Shown: in pieces, positions 25,710-38,515 of the stretch
Numbering within the stretch: position 1 is the first letter of the stretch
Layout of the letters: every line of letters begins with the position of its first letter
The notes under the pieces: generated by a model
Seen by the model: only the letters and a program-made list of their open reading frames with translations
Database searches by the model: none
Told to the model about the DNA's origin: nothing
Translations under genes and position numbers: made by a program
NCBI RefSeq assembly: GCF_009834535.1
Contig: NC_045697.1
Coordinates: 30,072,001-30,136,000 of the forward strand
Direction of reading: 5' to 3'
Origin: Camelus ferus
Taxonomy: Eukaryota
Length of the DNA: 64,000 nt

Positions 25710-28145
25710 ATTTTTTTGTGGTAAAATACACAATAAAGTTTACTATCTTAACCATTTTTAAGTTGACAGTTTAGTGGTATTAAGTACATTCACTTTGTTG
25801 TGCAACCATCACCACCATCCATCTCCAGGACTCTCCATCTTGCAAAACTGAAACTCTGTACCCGTTAAATATCGGTCCCCCTTGGCCCCCTCCCCTCAGA
25901 CTCTGGCAACAGTCATTTGACTTTTTTTTCCCCTCCCTCTTTCCCCCATACCCTAGCCTCTGGTAACTACCTCTCTACTCTCTGTTACTATGGGTCTGGC
26001 TTTTTTAAATTTTTATTTTTTAGATTTTACGTGTAACTGAGATCATGCAATACTTGTCTTTCTGTGACTGGCTTATTTCACTCAGCATAATGTTCTCCAG
26101 GTTCACATATGTTGTCACAAATGTTGTCACATATATTTCATTGTATATGGGTGCATAATTTTAATATTTGTGTGTATATATTGTATATTTGAATATAATA
26201 TTAATAGTTGTATCAGAATGTATGAATAATATATATACACATGTTTTCTTTATCTATTCATCCATCAACATTTAGGTTATTTCCATATCTTGGCTACTCT
26301 GATTAATGCTTCAATGAATGTGGGAGTACACATATCTCTTCGAGATAGTGATTACATTTCCTTTGGATACATACCCAGAAATGGGATTGCTAGATCATAT
26401 GATAGTTCTATTTTTAATTTTTGAGGAACCTCCATACAGTTTTCCATAATGGCTGTACCAATTTACATTCCCACCATCAGTGTTCAACAGTTCCCTTTTC
26501 TCCACATTCTTAACAACACTTGTCATCTTTTGACTTTTTGGTAATAACCATCCCTAACAGGTGTGAGGTGATATTTCACTGTAGTTTTGGTTTCCCTGAT
26601 GATTAGTGATATTGAACATCTTTTCATATACCTGACTTCAGTTGACCATTTGTATATCTTCTTTGGAAGAATGTCTATTCAGGTCCTTTTCCCAGTTTTA
26701 AATAGAGAGATTTGCTTTTTGGGCTATTGAATTGTAATAGTTCCTTACATATTTTGATATCAATCCCTTTTTGGTTTTACAATTTGCAAATATTTTTCTC
26801 CCATTCTGTGGATCGCCTTTCATTTGGTTAGTTGTTTCCTTTGCTGGGCAGAAACTTTTTAGTTTGATGTAGTCTTACTTGTTTACTTTTGCTTTTGTTG
26901 CCAGAGATTTTAGTGTCAAGTCCAAAAAAGTCATTGCTAAGACCAATGCCAAAGAGATTTCTCCATGTTTTCTCCTCAGAGTTTTATGCTTTCAGGGCTT
27001 ACTTTAAAGTCTTTAATCCATTTAGATATTGACTTTTGTGTATGGTGTAAGATAAAGAGTCCAGTTTCATTCTTTTGTGTGTGGATACCCAGTTTTCCAA
27101 ACACCATTTATTGAAAAGACTATCCTTTACCCATTTTGTCTTCTTGGTGCCTCTGTCAAAAATTAGTTGACCATAAAAATGTGGGTTGATTTCTAGGTTC
27201 TCTAATCTGTTCCATTGATCTATATTACATGTCTGTTTTTATACCAGTACCAAACTGTTTTGGTTTTTGTAGCTTGGTAATATAGTTTGAAATCAGGAAG
27301 TGTAATGCCTCCAGCTTTGTTCTTCTTGCTCAAGATTGCTTTTGTATTTCCATATGAATTTTAGGGTTGTTTTTTCTGTTTCTGTGAAAAGTACCATTGG
27401 AATTTTGATAGGGATTGCATTGAATCTATAGATTGCTTTGGGTAGTGTGGTTATTTTAACAATATTAATTCTTCCAGCCCATAAATATAAGAGATCTTTC
27501 CTTTTTGTGTGTGCCTTCTTCAATTTCTTTCATCAGAGTTTTATAGTTTTCATTGTACATATCTTTCACCTCTTTGGTTAAATTTACTCCTAAGTATTTT
27601 ATTCTTTTTGGTGCTATTATAAATGGGATTGTTTTCTTAATTTGTTTTTTTTGGATAGTTCTATATTGATTTTGTGTGCTGCAGTGTTAATGAATTCATT
27701 TATTAATTTTAACAGGTTTTTTTGGTGGAGTCTTTAGGGTTTTCTCTATATAAGATGATTTCACCTGCAGACAGAAATGATTTTACTTCTTCTTTTCCAA
27801 TCTGGATGCCTTTTTCTTGCCCGTTTGCTCTGGCCAGGACTTTCAATACTATGTTGACTAGAAGTGGTGAGAGTGAGCACCCTTGATTTGTTCCTGATCT
27901 TAGACAAAAAGCTTTCAGCTGTTCACCATTAAGTATGATGTAAGTTGTGAGCTTGTCAGTTATGGCCTTTATATGTTTAGATACATTTTTCTATACCTAA
28001 TTTGCTGAGAGGTTTTATCATGAAAGGATGTTGAATTTTGTCAAATGCTTTTTCTGTACCTACTGAGATGATCATATGATTTTTATCATTTTTTTAGAAT
28101 GATGTATCACATTTATGAATTTGCATATATTGCATCCTTGCATAA
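25710..28145 (-). mobile_element. Degraded L1 (L1MA/L1MB-like 3' UTR plus ORF2 C-terminal part), possibly two nested pieces
   Basis: Minus-strand ORF 27293..27523 gives [28 protein letters not shown], a classic L1 ORF2 peptide. Typical L1 3' sequence gaggaacctccatacagttttccataatggctgtaccaatttacattcccacca. Confidence 0.9.
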
Positions 28146-28579
28146 AGTTTCTTTGTTTTTAAAGAATTCAATGACAATTTACACCAATGCATTAACTTTA
28201 AAGGGCTTTCATTTTGGTTACTTGAAAGGGAAATTTTGACTTATGAGTGAAATATATATACTTATGAAAGACCAATAAATCCATACATTTTTAAGAACCC
28301 ATGGGGATATTTTATAAAGTATTTAATAATGCCTTTTCTAAAACCAGTTTTATTCTTTATTTTAACCTCTTAAAATTTATGAAATAGTTCCTGCACACTT
28401 TAAACAATTTAACTTTAGCCCTTTGTAATAAGACACTATTATTAAAAAACACTATAGACATTAACTTGTTCTCTTTGGTTGCTGAGGTATATTCTAGCCA
28501 GTATTTATTATAATATCAGTGGGAGAATTTTGGATTCACTATAGAGTCAATTAGCTCCCAACTAAAGATAATTTAAAGT

Positions 28580-29040
28580 TACATAGATTTTGTTTTCTGA
28601 TTACACAAGTAATACACAGCATAGTCATTGTGGAACATTTTGGAATACAGAAAATATAGGAAATATATTTTAAAAGAAGGAAAGTTATCCAAAATTGAAG
28701 CACATTAAAAGTAATCACTGTGAACATTTTAGTGTATTTCCTTACTGTCTTTTTATATACATTTTTGATATATGTATTAGCAAGTGTACTAGTGTACACA
28801 TAACATATAGAAAATCTTGTATGTATAGGCATCATACTGTATATATAGTTTACATTTTTTAACTTAACATTAGATAGTAAGTTTAGATAATAATATGTTC
28901 ACATATCATTAACTATTGTTGAACACAATTTTTATGACTGCATAATGTTTTATAGGTATGTAGCACTTCATTCAACCATTCTCCAATTATTGGACATTCA
29001 GGTTGTTTCAAATTCTTTTAATGTTATTAGTTCCATCGGG
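28580..29040 (-). mobile_element. Old L1M(E/C)-like fragment
   Basis: Motifs aatcactgtgaacattttagtgtatttc and caaccattctccaattattggacattcaggttgtttc. Confidence 0.5.
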
Positions 29041-29059
29041 CATAAAACTAACAGTTGAG

Positions 29060-29980
29060 GCACTACTGAGAGGGAGGAACACAAGCATAAAAGTGATGAA
29101 CTGAAGTACTACTGAGAGAGAGGAGCATCGTGCTGCCGTCCCGAGGGGGTCAGGCAACAAGCTCCAAGTCAGGGGGGCTCCTTGGTGGAAGCACAAGGGA
29201 GTGAAGGCTGAACTGGGGACCAAGCTGTAGGAACAGGAAAGAAGAGATGGATATGAAGGCTATTGTGTTAGGACCCTGGCAGGACTTGGCAAATGATGGG
29301 CACTGATGAAGGATGAGTCAGGAAATACTTCAAAGTGTGATATGTGTGGTGGGGAAAACTAATGCCATAAACAAGAATGATCAGATGTGGAGGAGGGGCT
29401 TATTTGAAGGTAACTGTTAACAGATTGATTATGAGCCATTTACCATGACACTGATGGTCAGCTCAGCCAAACTGAAGCTTTGATGGACTCTCAGGGCTGG
29501 AGGTGAGCGTGCAAGTGATAAATGGATAGACAATGTAATGGTGAGCCTGTGGGAGTAACTGACACGTTTGAGGGTGATTCTGCACAGGTGGAGGAAGACA
29601 GTTGAGGTCTTTAGGAATGACCCATAGTCTAACAAGAAAAGGAATAAGAACCAGTAAGAGAAGAGGAGGAGGGGAGGGAGAGAGCGAGCAAGCAAGAAAC
29701 AGAATGAAAATGAGAACTTGGGTAACAGAGAATTGTTAGGAGTCCAGGAAGGAAGGGAACTTCAAGAGTGAAATCCACAATGCTAAGAGCCACTAGCATC
29801 TATGCTGAAGACAAGCTACTGAGAGGTTAACTGGAATCTTAAAAAAAAAATGTTTTTCACTGGATTTGACCCTAAGCCAACTTTAAAGGCATTTGGGAGG
29901 AAGTGGGTGGAAACTATGGTTTTGGAAATTTGGTGGTGAAAGGAAGTAGAAAGTGGGGATGTGCCTCTGAGGCAGCCAGA
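29060..29980 (-). mobile_element. Degraded L2 LINE
   Basis: Purine-rich sequence with L2-like motifs (ggcaggacttggcaaatgatggg, gaaggatgagtcagg, tgccataaacaagaatga). Confidence 0.5.
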
Positions 29981-30256
29981 GGACGTGGGGAGGTGTGGGG
30001 GTATGTCTGCCCCGTAACCTGGTGCCCCTTTAACCCTTCTGTTCTCCTTCATGGAATGTCTCCTTCCAACAAACCCAGCCTTTCACCATAAAGCTACCTA
30101 GGAAATAGAAAAGAATGAATTCAGATAGGAAACTCACCTTGTTGGCCTAAAGATTACTATTAGGAAAAAAAAAAAAACAACAAAGGAAGAAATCCTTTAC
30201 CTTTCAGAACCTTCAAAGAGATTATTTATTCAAGGTGGAAAAAATCTTTCTTTTAG

Positions 30257-30347
30257 GCAACCACTGAAGAAACTGAAGCAAACAGCCAAGAAGATGAGAA
30301 TGATGGTGAAAAAACAGAAAAAGGGAATACAGAAGTTGCCTCATCAG
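30257..30347 (+). CDS. LIMCH1: LIMCH1 exon, ATTEETEANSQEDENDGEKTEKGNTEVASS
   Basis: Acceptor tcttttag and donor G|gtttgt; 91 nt, phase 0 to 1. Joins both neighbours in frame. Confidence 0.9.
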
Positions 30348-30453
30348 GTTTGTTTTTATAACAGACTAGTTTTAAGGTAAATCATGATAACTCAGGATAC
30401 AATAAAAACAGTCAAGGAAGGTAGTCAATGAGGTCCTATAACTGATGTGGTTG

Positions 30454-30469
30454 TGCTGCCACCTAGTGG
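30454..30469 (-). promoter_or_regulatory. CTCF core motif candidate
   Basis: Minus strand reads CCACTAGGTGGCAGCA, a close match to the CTCF consensus CCAS(C/T)AG(A/G)(T/G)GGC(A/G). Confidence 0.6.
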
Positions 30470-31005
30470 CTTCCTGGGAGAAATTCTGACCATATGATTT
30501 ATCTTGGTATAAACAGGAACCTATGCTTTTTTACTACCTTGTTTTGTTTTGTTTCATTGAAAGTTTATCTCCATCATCATAAAAAGATTGTGTTTCCCCA
30601 AGTAAATAATGCTAAAAACCTAGGGTTATGTTTTAACACAAAGTAACAGCGATAGATAAGACAGCTTAAAAAATATACCAGGAAAATAGGTGCTGGAATA
30701 ATAAATCTGGTGAATAACTTGAAAGAGTAAAATAGTAACACAAATATGAACAATGGGTATGAAAGAAGACCCTCTCTTCCGTGAAGTAATATTTCTCAGT
30801 ATTTTAACACATTTTTTTTTCTTTTGGTAAAAATTTTTTATTTTTAAAATAAATAAATACCTCTCACCCTCTTCTAATACCAAATTATTTTTAAACAGCA
30901 TCTTAAAATAAATGTCATTACTGAAAATTTTAGCATATATTTTTCAAACTAGACTGCACTCCACATTTTGATATGCCCCCTCAGGTGGTGACTTTTCCAG
31001 CCACT

Positions 31006-31140
31006 TTATTTATTTATATATTTACATTTTTTTAGGTCTGTCTGTCTGTATGTATGTATTTTAATGGAGGTACTGAGGATTGAATCCAGGACCTCGTTCG
31101 TGCTAAGCACACACTTTATCACTAAGCTATACCCTTCCCA
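31006..31140 (-). mobile_element. tRNA-Ala-derived SINE (Vic-1 type), more diverged copy
   Basis: Reverse complement reads gggaagggtatagcttagtgataaag...cttagcacgaacgaggtcctggattcaatcctcagtacctccattaaaa. Imperfect flanking repeat tcca(g/c)ccact. Confidence 0.8.
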
Positions 31141-31604
31141 CCTCCACCCACTATAGGGTGTACCAGATTCTTCCTTATAGATCCGAGAACATGTACCTTT
31201 CATTGCATTATAGAAACTATACAATCCTTAACACACTTCAGTTATGAAAACATGACGTTAAAAAGGAACATCGAAATACAAAAGGAAGAGTCAGGCTGCC
31301 ACTCATCTGGATAGAAATTATCTATAAATGTTCTCCCGCCCAGCCCACCTGTCTTAATATTTCATGTCAGCATTTTATTTCATGTGGTGTTATTCATATG
31401 TAAACCATGACTCTTGTTCAGAACTTAAGTTTTTCACAGTGGGGTTCTTTGATGTTTTTATGTTGCTTGATTTTGTAAATAATATCACGAAACAGCTTAG
31501 AGAACTCCAGCATCTGACACTCTTGTATACTCGCATCACACTGTCATCCAGCTTTGTGTCGCCCGGCACAGGATAGGTCCTCGGTGTACTCAGTGGCATG
31601 GCAG

Positions 31605-32036
31605 TGTCGACTGAAATAAATGTGCAGCCTAAAAGTTGAGAGTTATGTTTTATTTGGTGGGAGGACTTGAGCCGGGATGACAGCCTCTTAGTTCGCTCTG
31701 AGGGACTGCTCCGAAGAGGTAGGGGAGGAGCTAGGCTATATAGGAGCTTTACAACAAAGACCAGGTTGTTGGAACAATAAAAGATTACTTGTTATCTAAA
31801 GAAAACCAGGCATCTCAAGTTAAAGAATTTAGTGCTTTTCTATGTATGGGAGGAAGCACACATTTGGGCTCATTGAATTCATTCCTTTGACAAGCACCTA
31901 GCTATCTAGGGCCAGTGTCCTGTCCTCTTTTATTCTGGGTCCCTTCAGAGTGCACCACTGTGAGTGGCTGCAGAGGCCGGGCTGCAGGCTTGCATTCTTT
32001 GTTTACTGATATGGTTTGCAGTATTTTTCGTTCGCA
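31605..32036 (-). mobile_element. ERV1-class solo LTR (resembles artiodactyl MER41-like LTRs)
   Basis: TG...CA termini and 432 bp length, with a near-perfect 4-bp TSD (GCAG/GTAG). On the minus strand TATATA (31737-31742) precedes AATAAA (31649-31654). Confidence 0.7.
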
Positions 32037-32105
32037 GTAGGACCAGGGATCCTTTACCTGGTTTTCGTCGTCTTCTCTACGCTTCTGAATGTAACTCCAT
32101 TTCAG

Positions 32106-32269
32106 AGCCACAGCATTTTACGACAACTGTGACTCGAGCCAGCCCGACCGTGGCCTTTGTGGAGCTTTCCCCCAGCCCCCAGCTGAAGAACGAGGTGCCA
32201 GAAGAGAAAGACCAGAAGAAACCAGAGAATGAAATGAGTGGGAAGGTGGAGTTGGTGCTGTCACAAAAG
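32106..32269 (+). CDS. LIMCH1: LIMCH1 exon, [20 protein letters not shown]...[11 protein letters not shown]
   Basis: Acceptor catttcag and donor AAG|gtgagg; 164 nt. Confidence 0.93.
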
Positions 32270-32461
32270 GTGAGGTGGGATAAAGCCCTTAGACCCACGA
32301 TTCACGTGGCTTCACCTGCTGCCGGCTGCTGCAGGGGCACCACTTCGTAATGAGGGTTTATTTTCTCTCCTAATCTTTTCTCCTATCTTTTATCTATATT
32401 TTTTCTAAATACAAATATAATGCATGTTCATTGCAAAAAAATTTAAATTCATGTAGAAAGA

Positions 32462-32812
32462 TATCTTAGTCCCTTTGGGTAGCTATAACAGAAAACCATG
32501 ACTGGGTGGCTTATACACAACAGAAATTTATTTCCCTCAGTTCTGGAGGCTGAGAACTCCAAGATCAGGTGCCAGCAGATTTGATGTCTAGTGAGAACCC
32601 ACTTCCTGGTTCACAGCTGGCCGTCTTCTTGCTGCGTACTCTCTTGGTGGAAGGAGCAGGGAGCGCTTCTGAGTCTTTTTTTTAAGGACACTAATGCCAT
32701 TCATGATGACTCTGTCCCCATGACCTAATCATCTCCCAAAGGCCCACCTCCCACTCCTGTCACCTTGGGGGTTGGGGTTTCAACGTATGAATTTTGGGCA
32801 ACATAAACAATA
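32462..32812. mobile_element. MaLR solo LTR (MLT1A-like)
   Basis: Motifs tcttagtcc...gactgggtggctta...cagttctggaggctgagaactccaagatca...catgacctaatcatctcccaaaggcccacctc. Confidence 0.8.
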
Positions 32813-33369
32813 TATAGCTATATATTCTAATGTATGTTTATATTTATAGTGATATAAATATATAACAAATCTATCAAATAACATATGTGAATATATGTAT
32901 AGAAAAATGTGGAAATAAAAAACATAGAGCAAGAGAGAAAAAGTCACTGAAACCTGCCTCTCTATTAAGAATAATTGGTATATTGGTATATATATTCATT
33001 AAACATCTTTGAAAATTTATTTTAAATGATTACTTTTTCTTTATAAAGAATTGATACATTTAAAAGAGAATGTAGTATAGATATCTGTTAGAAAGCTTTG
33101 CATTTAGGTTTTAGTTTGCTGGGCATGATCTTGCTTATTTGTAGCTTACTCCATATTTTCTTTCTAATATTTACTTGTTTTATAGCAATGGTACTTCTGA
33201 TGCCTCTGAACTTGAAGGACAAGGAAACTAGAAAATTATTATTCTGATATAATGGGTTTTAATGTCTTGTTTTTATTAAATTTCTTCTTTGTTTGGAGTC
33301 TCATCTCATTCATAATAATTTGGTTTGTTTTCAGGCACAGAGTCTGAAAATCTTCATCTTTTATACCAA

Positions 33370-33525
33370 TTATCCTCAACCTTGGCTACCCTTTAGAATT
33401 TAATAAATACCAAGCACACTCGAGGTTACAGAAATCAGAATCTCTGGGAGCAAGGCCCAGGCATCTGTATTTTTAAAAGCTCCCAGATGATTCTGATGGG
33501 TCATCAAGACAGGGAACAGCTGGCT
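33370..33525. mobile_element. MER5-like DNA transposon remnant
   Basis: aatcagaatctctggga...ggcccaggcatctgtatttttaaaagctcccagatgattctgatg. Confidence 0.7.
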
Positions 33526-35828
33526 TGTGCGTGGATACTATATGTGGTGGTGTTCCAACTTCAAAAGTTAACCCTGAACTTGGACTTGACTTTAGAGTGA
33601 AAAATTTACCCCTTTTGGTTCCAGTTCATACATCGTCTGCTCTGTGCACCTACCATGTGCCAGGCGCTGTGCAGACCTGTAAACAAGACACCGCCCCAAC
33701 CTTAAGATGCTGAGAATGCTGTGTCTTTGGTGGAGCCTCAGATGCCGTAATGCCATCTGGGGATTTCAGACTCTCGCTATTTCCCATAGAGGATTTTTAT
33801 ACATAGAGGATTTTATGCATAGAGGATTAAAAGATGCTTCAGAAGTCTGAAAGGAAGAACTAAACTGGAGGAAAAACACTGGGGTCAGACAGGATTTCCT
33901 GCCTTTGCAGGTGTTGCCTTATCCACATTACACTTGTAACCATTATTTATTTATTCTTATTCCAAATTGACCTTCTTTCCTACATAAATATAAGCTGATA
34001 GGGAAACTCTACATCACTGCTAGAAAATACATTTTTTAAATCAAACAAAACGAATACCGTAACATAAAAAACATCCCTCCGCGTACCTCATCTGTGTGAT
34101 CTGTCTTCAGACCACCAGAGCCACACCTTCCGTACTATGGAAAAATTGTTTTCAGGGGCTCTTAACTCTGTCATATGTGTGTGTGCTTGTGCACCGTGTA
34201 CCCTTTGTCCATCTGGTAAACTTTATTCTCAGAATAATGTTTTTGAAGCATAAAATACACAGGATTACCAAGTTTTCCTTGGTGTCAGTTGGGACCAAGT
34301 ACATGTACTGTCTGAGTTCCGTCCTGTGGGCTCCAGGTTAAGAATTTCTGCTAGTCGATTAGCAAATGGAATAATGGTCTTCTAACCCAATACTTGTCAC
34401 ACCCTGTGGATTTCTCCTTTGCCTACTGTACAGTTAGCTTTTAGAGGAAGGGGATGACAATGGTTGTAACAGCTTTTACCTGACCTCTCTTGAGAGCATT
34501 ACCATTATAAAGCAAAATGCCCATGCACACAGCCTGACCTTTTTACGTAGTGGTTATTTTGAGCATTTCTGCTGATAGTTAACTGTTTCATTTACAACCG
34601 GGCATTATCCAAAGCACATTTTTGTCCAACTCCACCATGGAAGATATGGTATGCAGTTGAGATTTGAGGGTTGTTAACATGGGTGTGTCTGGGGCTTAGT
34701 TTTTGCTGCATGTTTGACACAGAAGTTCATTAGGACATCTGGTTGACTCTGTGATGCTGAATGACTAACTGTAGTTTCTTTAGGATTCCATTAGGGTGGA
34801 ATATATTATTTATCCAGAAAAATAAAATCCTACTAAAGAGAAAATCTATACATTAAATCATCCTGAGGCCCAAATTATAGATCAGCTTATGATGAAACAT
34901 AGCCTCACTTGTCCTACTGGCTATCAAATTAATCTCCTGGGAACAGAGCCGCCAGGCAGTGAATCAGAGAAAGTCCTGAAAGCAACTGAAAGGACATGAA
35001 CGGATACAGCCAAGCTCCTCATTCCGGTCTTTGCTCAGAGTCTACTGAGTCTTATTTTAGTCATGAGTTTGGTTATCTTGTCTTTCAGCGACAAAAAGGA
35101 AGGAGGGTGCTTCTACCAAAGGCCATGCAGATGGGGGAGAAACAAAATAAGATTATATAACAATAACAGGAAAAATATATTTTTACAAAACAATTTTTAA
35201 AGCCTGTAATTTTGGAGCCATTTACCATAAGGCCATGTATGATCTCATGCCTCAAAAATCCCTTAAGGGCATCGTCACTATGACACTGTTCGAGATGATG
35301 GTTATTTATAATACTGCTCCTTTGTCAACAGGCAAGGTACGTTGTCTTTAATGTGCTTTGCCCAAATTTGTAGGATGTTACGTAATGTCTCAAGAATAAT
35401 GTGCATTAGAAGGTAATATTACTTAAATATTTACTATTTATGTAATAAGGGTTTTTTTTTTTAATCTTATGTGGAGCATCTGACTTCCTGACATTACAAG
35501 TTCAGTACCAAGAAGAGAATCTGTGTTTGATCCCAGTAAGAAAATGAGACAGAGTGATGTATAATCTCAGAGATGGAATACTGTCATCTGAGTCTGGAGA
35601 AAAGTGATCATCAAATGTTTATGCTCTAGCTTGATTTCTCTGAAAAACTAAGCTCTATATTAATGTAGAAAAGCATGAAGGGGGTTTGGAGAAGGGGCAA
35701 AATTTTCCATTTAAAATGTAAATGTTTGGGTTTGTAGACTTACGTAATAGCCGTGGAGCCTTAAATTTTTTATTGCATTTACTAGTGGACAGTGCTTGTG
35801 ATGTTTATGTCTGTTACCCATGGTCCAG

Positions 35829-35934
35829 GTGGGAAAGCCAAAGTCTCCAGAACCAGAAGCAACCCTGACGTTTCCATTTCTGGACAAAATGCCTGAAACC
35901 AACCAGTCACATTTGCCAACTCCGAGTTCTCAAG
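35829..35934 (+). CDS. LIMCH1: LIMCH1 exon, [35 protein letters not shown]
   Basis: Acceptor ggtccag and donor G|gtaaaa; 106 nt. Confidence 0.92.
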
Positions 35935-37669
35935 GTAAAAAGAAGGAAATGTTTTCTTTCAGTTCTACATATTCCACTGGGCCCACCTCTAGCGAAATAG
36001 CCTCTATTTTAAAGGCATGTTACCTCCTTTGTGTGGATGTGCCTTTAGCCGTGGTGTTTGTGGAATCCACGATGACTGAGTTACCTTCAGAATGGAACCT
36101 GAGGCTGCATTTTGTTTTCTGTTGGCTTAGCCAGGAATCCCAGCTGCCAAGGCCACTTGGCCAGCCAGGCACTCTAGGCACAAGCGAGCCTACACAAGTA
36201 TTTGAGACCTGAAAATAAATTTTATTGGCTCTCAAATGTAAAAAAAATAAAAATTACAAAATAAAAATATCAGTAACTTTAATAAAAAGTATATGATCTT
36301 AATATTATGTCAATTTCACTCATTGTTAATTGGTTAATTGTCTAGTCCTCCTAAAATATCCATTTAACTTGACAATGGTTTTGGAAGAAAGTAGATTTTC
36401 TCACTCTGTAATAGTTCTGGAGATACATGATGATTACTGAGAAATCATTCACCATCATAGATTAAATGTGTTACTCATAACCAAAAACTTTAATCTCTCC
36501 AAAAATTCTTTAAAGCAAGAATATATTTATTATATTCATATATATATGAGAGAGAGAATATATATTGTCTTGTGCACATACATATAGGCTGAGGATAATA
36601 TGTTTCATATGTTTGATACATTTTAATACATTTGATGTAATGTCGGGGGTTGGGGGGTGGCCTCTAAAAATATGGGAGTTTAGGGCCTTAGAAGATCTTA
36701 AAGTGTCATTGACCACTGCAAACTCCCCAGGTACCTTTAGGCCATGCATAGGTGGTGAATTCACCCCTTTACTCTTTAAGAACCCAACTTGAACCCCTGT
36801 ATCTTGGTAAGAACCCTGGGTGCCCACGACCACAAGAAGGAGCCTTATGGCTGTGAACAGTGGGAAGAGGGGTCCTGAGGACTCCATGATCCAGAGGGAC
36901 TGTGCTTCACGAGAGACAGGCTACTGGGCTTTACTGGCGTGAATTCTCTGTCTTTACTGCTAGAGTTCAGGAGGCAAGAACTGTAAGGTTTCTTGTTTTT
37001 CTTTTTTAGTGTCCTTTCTCTAGGACATGTTATAGATTTATCAGTCCAGGCAAAGAGAGGATGTACAGGGTCATTGTGGCTGGCAACGTATTTTTACTTT
37101 TCTTTTCGAGGACGGGCACTTATGTGGTAGAATCCAAGTTGGCTTCTGTTAGTCTTTGTTGATGGCTGGGAGATACCCTGGGCTCTGTCTACACAGCAGG
37201 AAGCACTTGGGAGGGAGTTAATCAGTACACAGACTGATGATCACTAGTTTCTTAATGTGGAAACAAGTTCAATATTGTCTTCAAAGCATTTGTTTTAAAT
37301 TTGTCAGCCTTACTGTCCTGAAGAGAATTAACAAAAATAAATTCTTAGAACTGGGACAACAATTGTCCATATTTAGGTTTTAATTCTGCCCTATTTCTAG
37401 CACTTTTAAATTGTGCTGATAAGTAACATAGAGAGGAAGTACATATTTTAAGCCATATTAATTAGTTTTATTGTCTTCCATGTTTTTATGTTTCATTAAG
37501 GCATTTCAATTTTGTAAAATGTGCTGTTGAATAAGGGACTTTATTTCATGCTTTATCTAAGTCAAATGATTCAAAATTAAATTTAGTAGCACTCGAGCAT
37601 TTCAAAAATTATTCTTCAAGACAGAATTTGTCCTATGCTTGTTCCGTACTCTCGTGTGGCTCAGGAAGC

Positions 37670-37890
37670 TGTAATTAGAGCTGCAGGCTCTGGGGACACT
37701 GCCTGGGTTCAAATTCTGACGCCTCTAGTCGTTACCTGTGTGGCCGTCCCCACCAAGTTCTCCCAAATCTCTGCCATCTGCAAACTGGAAATAATAACAG
37801 TACCAACTTCATAGGATGTTGGAAGGATTCAATGAGATAAACCAAAAAAAGCATTTAGCGCAACACCTGGCCCAGAATAAGCACTAATAA
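37670..37890 (+). mobile_element. MIR SINE
   Basis: ctgcctgggttcaaattctg...catctgcaaactggaaataataacagtacc...ggattcaatgagataa. Confidence 0.7.
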
Positions 37891-38017
37891 TATAATCTAG
37901 TGGTTGCAGAACAGTTGCAGGAGGAGTAGAAGTGGAGCAGGATGCCAGGCAGGAGCAAACTATTTTTAAACACTTACCTTAAAATGGGAGTGTTTGTATT
38001 GTAGAGATGGAGCTTTG

Positions 38018-38192
38018 GGTAGTTTTCAAACACGAGAAGGTGGCAGGGTCTCCTGCAGGACTGGGTAAAATGCAGCTCCCTGGGCCCCACCCGTGCAGTG
38101 TCTGATTGAGCAGGTCTGGGCTGGGGACACATCTCTAACAAGTTCCCAAAGGTGATGCCGCAGATCCAGGGACCACACTCTGAAAACCACTG
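38018..38192. mobile_element. MER5A-like hAT-Charlie DNA transposon
   Basis: Ends agttttcaaa...tgaaaaccactg, with internal tctaacaagttcccaaaggtgatgc and gggaccacactctga. Confidence 0.75.
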
Positions 38193-38400
38193 GCTCAAAG
38201 TATGTGTTTGAATTGTGCACCCAAGACATTGCCGATAGATACAAAAATAACAGTAGTACTTGTCTGGAGTGTGTAAAGTTCCTGTCTTTCAAGGAGCAAA
38301 AGACTTCTAATAAATCAAATCTTAAAAGACATGATTTGTCTTTAATTGGGAGGAGGGAGTATAGGGTTTTGCCCAGATATAAAAAGTCAATGCACATTTA

Positions 38401-38515
38401 TATATAGTCTTTTAATTGAAGTATAGTTTGTTTACCATGTTGTGTCAATTTCTGGTGCACAGCACAGTGCTTCAGTCATACATGAACATACGTGTATTTG
38501 TTCTCATATTCTTAG
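38401..38515 (-). mobile_element. Very short L1 3' end, same family as the copy at 25058
   Basis: ttttaattgaagtatagtttg...tgtgtcaatttctggtgcacagcacagtgcttcagtc. 10-bp TSD tgcacattta at 38391-38400 and 38516-38525. Confidence 0.75.

Noticed and set aside
27293..27523. ORF with a recognisable protein motif
   Set aside because: It is a fragment of degraded L1 ORF2, not a host gene.
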